The notes beneath the pieces were generated by a model. That model did not search any database. It was not told the DNA's origin and was given only the letters and a program-made list of their open reading frames with translations. The translations under genes and the position numbers were made by a program. Below are positions 25,163 through 27,376 of a stretch of 27,376 nt of DNA, piece after piece; the first letter of the stretch is position 1, and each line of letters begins with the position of its first letter. The stretch is from the IMG/VR virus record IMGVR_UViG_3300033109_000112, positions 1 to 27,376 of that record; one strand, 5' to 3'. The DNA comes from a virus (taxonomy: Duplodnaviria > Caudoviricetes).

Positions 25163-25755
25163 GGCGCCCTCATGGATCGCTGCATGAGCGCGGTCATTTC
25201 GTCCTGCAGGCTGCGCATGGCGTCCTGCAGGCTGGTACGCAGGGCCGGCACATCGCCGCGCTGCGCGGCCAGCACGGGTGCCAGACGATCAGGCAGGGCT
25301 TCCAGCAGGCTGCGCAGGGTGTTGCCGAAATCGCGCAGCACAAATTCCACCTCGCTACGCTCGACCAAAAGGCCGGCCATCTTGTCGCGTTCCATGGCGG
25401 CGATCTCGGCTTTGGCTTCACGCTCTTTGGCCGAGGCCATACGCAAACGCAGGCCAGCGCTTTCGGTTTCTGCCGGGGGTTGCGCGGAGACGGCCTGGCC
25501 GGGTGATGATGGCGACTCGGACGCGATCGCCTCGCCTGCGTCGTTCTGCGCGGTTTTGTCATCGGCAATGCGTAGCCGATTGGCTTCATGATGTGGCATA
25601 GGGCTTTCGGTGAGCGCCATGCGTGCCTGACTGGCCTCGACATCCACCAGACCATCCTGCATCACCAGCCGCCCGGCCTGCATGGCGCGGGTGATGTGGG
25701 AGCGGTGAACGCCTAAACGGCGGGCAAAAGCGGCGCGGGTTTCGAGGATTTTCAT
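25159..25755 (-). CDS. terS: Terminase small subunit
   Basis: N-terminal HTH (RAAFARRLGVHRSHITR...GRLV), coiled-coil, G.LVERSEV and LEALPDRLAPVLA; coupled to terL. Confidence 0.85.
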   Translation of the reverse strand: MKILETRAAFARRLGVHRSHITRAMQAGRLVMQDGLVDVEASQARMALTESPMPHHEANRLRIADDKTAQNDAGEAIASESPSSPGQAVSAQPPAETESAGLRLRMASAKEREAKAEIAAMERDKMAGLLVERSEVEFVLRDFGNTLRSLLEALPDRLAPVLAAQRGDVPALRTSLQDAMRSLQDEMTALMQRSMRAP

Positions 25756-25768
25756 ACCTGCACCTCAA

Positions 25769-26013
25769 AACCACGCCAACAATTTAAAAAACCACGCCTG
25801 AAACCACGCCTGAAAACCGATTTTTCCCAGTAAACCACTGATACCACGCCAACCACGCCATATATATACACGCGCGAGAGAATTAAAAAATATAAAAACA
25901 GTTCTCGCGCGTGCGCATACGAGGGGCCGCTGGCGTGGTTGGCGTGGTTTCCGCGACACGCCTGAGTTTGAGGCGTGGTTGTTGGCGTGGTTGTTGGCGT
26001 GGTTGGCGTGGTT
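25769..26013. repeat. Iteron array with AT-rich core: probable replication origin
   Basis: AACCACGCC at 25769, 25790, 25802, 25851 (near-match 25842, degenerate 25833); inverted GGCGTGGTT at 25932, 25941, 25972, 25984, 25996, 26005; 11-bp inverted repeat 25869-25879/25903-25913 around an A-rich spacer. Confidence 0.85.
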
Positions 26014-26017
26014 TTTT

Positions 26018-27376
26018 TCATGATTCGCCCACGCATTCGGCAAAGGCGAAAAAACCGGCTGTTAGCCATTCCGCCTGTGAGCTGAATTTTTCGAGTAAAA
26101 AATCCTGCTGCCGCGGGTTTTTGGTCAAGCTGCCCGATAGCGCGCCGGACGCCGGTATAATCATTTTGCGGTTTTTGTTTTGCGGGTTTTGCAGGTCCGT
26201 CCAGGTGGGCACGGATTTACCAGCCCGCCAGCCAGGCATTTTGCCAATGAGACCGATCAAGTCTTTCATACCGCGCCGGCGCTCGCCCTGGCGCTCGCAC
26301 CACAGGCAATAGGCCTTGAACAGGTGGCTGCCAAGGCATGGGCACAGCGGTAGTGGTTCACCGGTTGCGGATTCGATTTCGAGGTTGAGCCATTCCTGCA
26401 CAAAGCGCTCTTCACTCGACTTGCCAAGCTCAATCAAATCGGCTTTTGCATTGGTCATGGGTGGTTTGGTCCAGGGCTTGAAATTACCCAGATCCATGTT
26501 CAGCAGATAATGATGCAAGGCAGCGACACCGCCTTTATCAATTTCATCATTCACTTCATCGAAAAAATCTTCACCCAGTTTGGGGGGTACCCAGATTACA
26601 CAATGCCGGCGGTCATCGTTTTCCAGAACCAGCGGCATGCGCTCGTTCGACAGGAATACAATGTTCATCTGGTTTTTTTCGTTATGAGCGGCGAGATTTT
26701 TTGGATTAACACGGATAGTGCCGCCAGTGATAAAACCCTTAAGTCTGTTTTTGATGTGATACATGTCGGCGCGCGCCAGCACTTCATCACCGATGACAAA
26801 TAATTTTTTCTCAGCCCAGTCGGAATTGAATTTATCTTCGAGCGCTTCTTGCCCCAGCACGCGACCATAGGGGCCGAAGATTTTTGCATACGCCTCGAAG
26901 AACCGGCTTTTGCCGGTGCCTTGCGGGCCGTGAATGACAATGGCGCTGTGCATTTTTGCGCCGCGATGCTGCAGTGGATACGCCAGCCAGTGGAGCATCC
27001 ACTGATAAATCTCCGGCCCATTTGGTTCGTTACTGCAGAGATAATTTAATAATTCGAGCAACCGCTCACACGAGCCCTCAGCCGGCACTGTTGGCCAACC
27101 GCCAAACAAATTGCACTTAATAGCCGGATCCGATTCAGTCGGATCAAACCCAACCTCATGATCTCGCACGACTTGCCAGGCAGGGTGTTCGCGCACGGCA
27201 TCCCAGCCGTGGCGTGGCAACAGATTCATCACGTCTTTTTTATGTACAAGTCGCCGCTCTTGCAGATCAAACAACACATCCCCACCAAAACCATATGTGC
27301 CGCAATAACGCGCAACAGCATCCTCTACGGATAAACGCGCTACCATTGCGCCGTCATCCCCGCCCCCCACCTGGGA
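26018..27376 (-). CDS. Primase-associated SF3-type helicase (D5/DUF5906-like), 5'-truncated by the window edge
   Basis: WLAYPLQH.G.K, GPQGTGKS Walker A, VIGDE Walker B, FLSN, DDRRH motifs; frame open to the window end. Confidence 0.9.
   Translation of the reverse strand, partial: SQVGGGDDGAMVARLSVEDAVARYCGTYGFGGDVLFDLQERRLVHKKDVMNLLPRHGWDAVREHPAWQVVRDHEVGFDPTESDPAIKCNLFGGWPTVPAEGSCERLLELLNYLCSNEPNGPEIYQWMLHWLAYPLQHRGAKMHSAIVIHGPQGTGKSRFFEAYAKIFGPYGRVLGQEALEDKFNSDWAEKKLFVIGDEVLARADMYHIKNRLKGFITGGTIRVNPKNLAAHNEKNQMNIVFLSNERMPLVLENDDRRHCVIWVPPKLGEDFFDEVNDEIDKGGVAALHHYLLNMDLGNFKPWTKPPMTNAKADLIELGKSSEERFVQEWLNLEIESATGEPLPLCPCLGSHLFKAYCLWCERQGERRRGMKDLIGLIGKMPGWRAGKSVPTWTDLQNPQNKNRKMIIPASGALSGSLTKNPRQQDFLLEKFSSQAEWLTAGFFAFAECVGES

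Larger units (their letters stand above)
1..27376. mobile_element. Temperate prophage (partial): P4-type integrase, lambda-like head, Mu-like contractile tail; continues past the right edge
   Basis: Contiguous, mostly co-oriented and translationally coupled integrase, tail, head, lysis, packaging and replication genes; no host housekeeping genes; att sites not seen. Confidence 0.95.

Noticed and set aside
25769-26013. Repeat cluster as a CRISPR array
   Set aside because: Repeats are 9 bp, in both orientations and irregularly spaced, with no unique 30-40 bp spacers and no cas genes
25765-26043. 92-aa minus-strand ORF (NHANHANNH repeats) across the origin
   Set aside because: Alternate-frame translation of the iterons, lacking the start/stop coupling seen for 25752..26021

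Overview
The whole window reads as most of one temperate prophage. The left end is a P4-family tyrosine integrase (+). Almost everything else is on the minus strand, in transcription order: a 5'-truncated primase/SF3-type helicase, an iteron-flanked AT-rich origin, terminase small and large (lambda GpA type), a Mor/C-family activator, a DUF6527-like protein, a lambda-like head module (gpW-like adaptor, portal, ClpP-protease/major-capsid fusion, DUF2190, head-tail joining) and a complete Mu-like contractile tail with a -1 frameshifted chaperone and a very short fibre. The lysis genes lie inside the head module and are split by an AT-richer, mostly translationally coupled 5-gene block: an unknown protein, a LamG-like lectin, a divergent PhoD-like phosphoesterase, a lipoprotein, and a phospholipase-A2-like/membrane-segment/HNH fusion. 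This block is the best candidate for an undescribed system. Also seen: two identical 26-bp Mor-type late-promoter boxes, a 46-aa gene missed by the ORF track, an antisense membrane-protein moron before the tape measure gene, and an ORF that bridges the origin with ATGA overlaps at both ends. Protein calls are from motif recognition by eye; no searches were run. The att sites, repressor and excisionase are not visible here.
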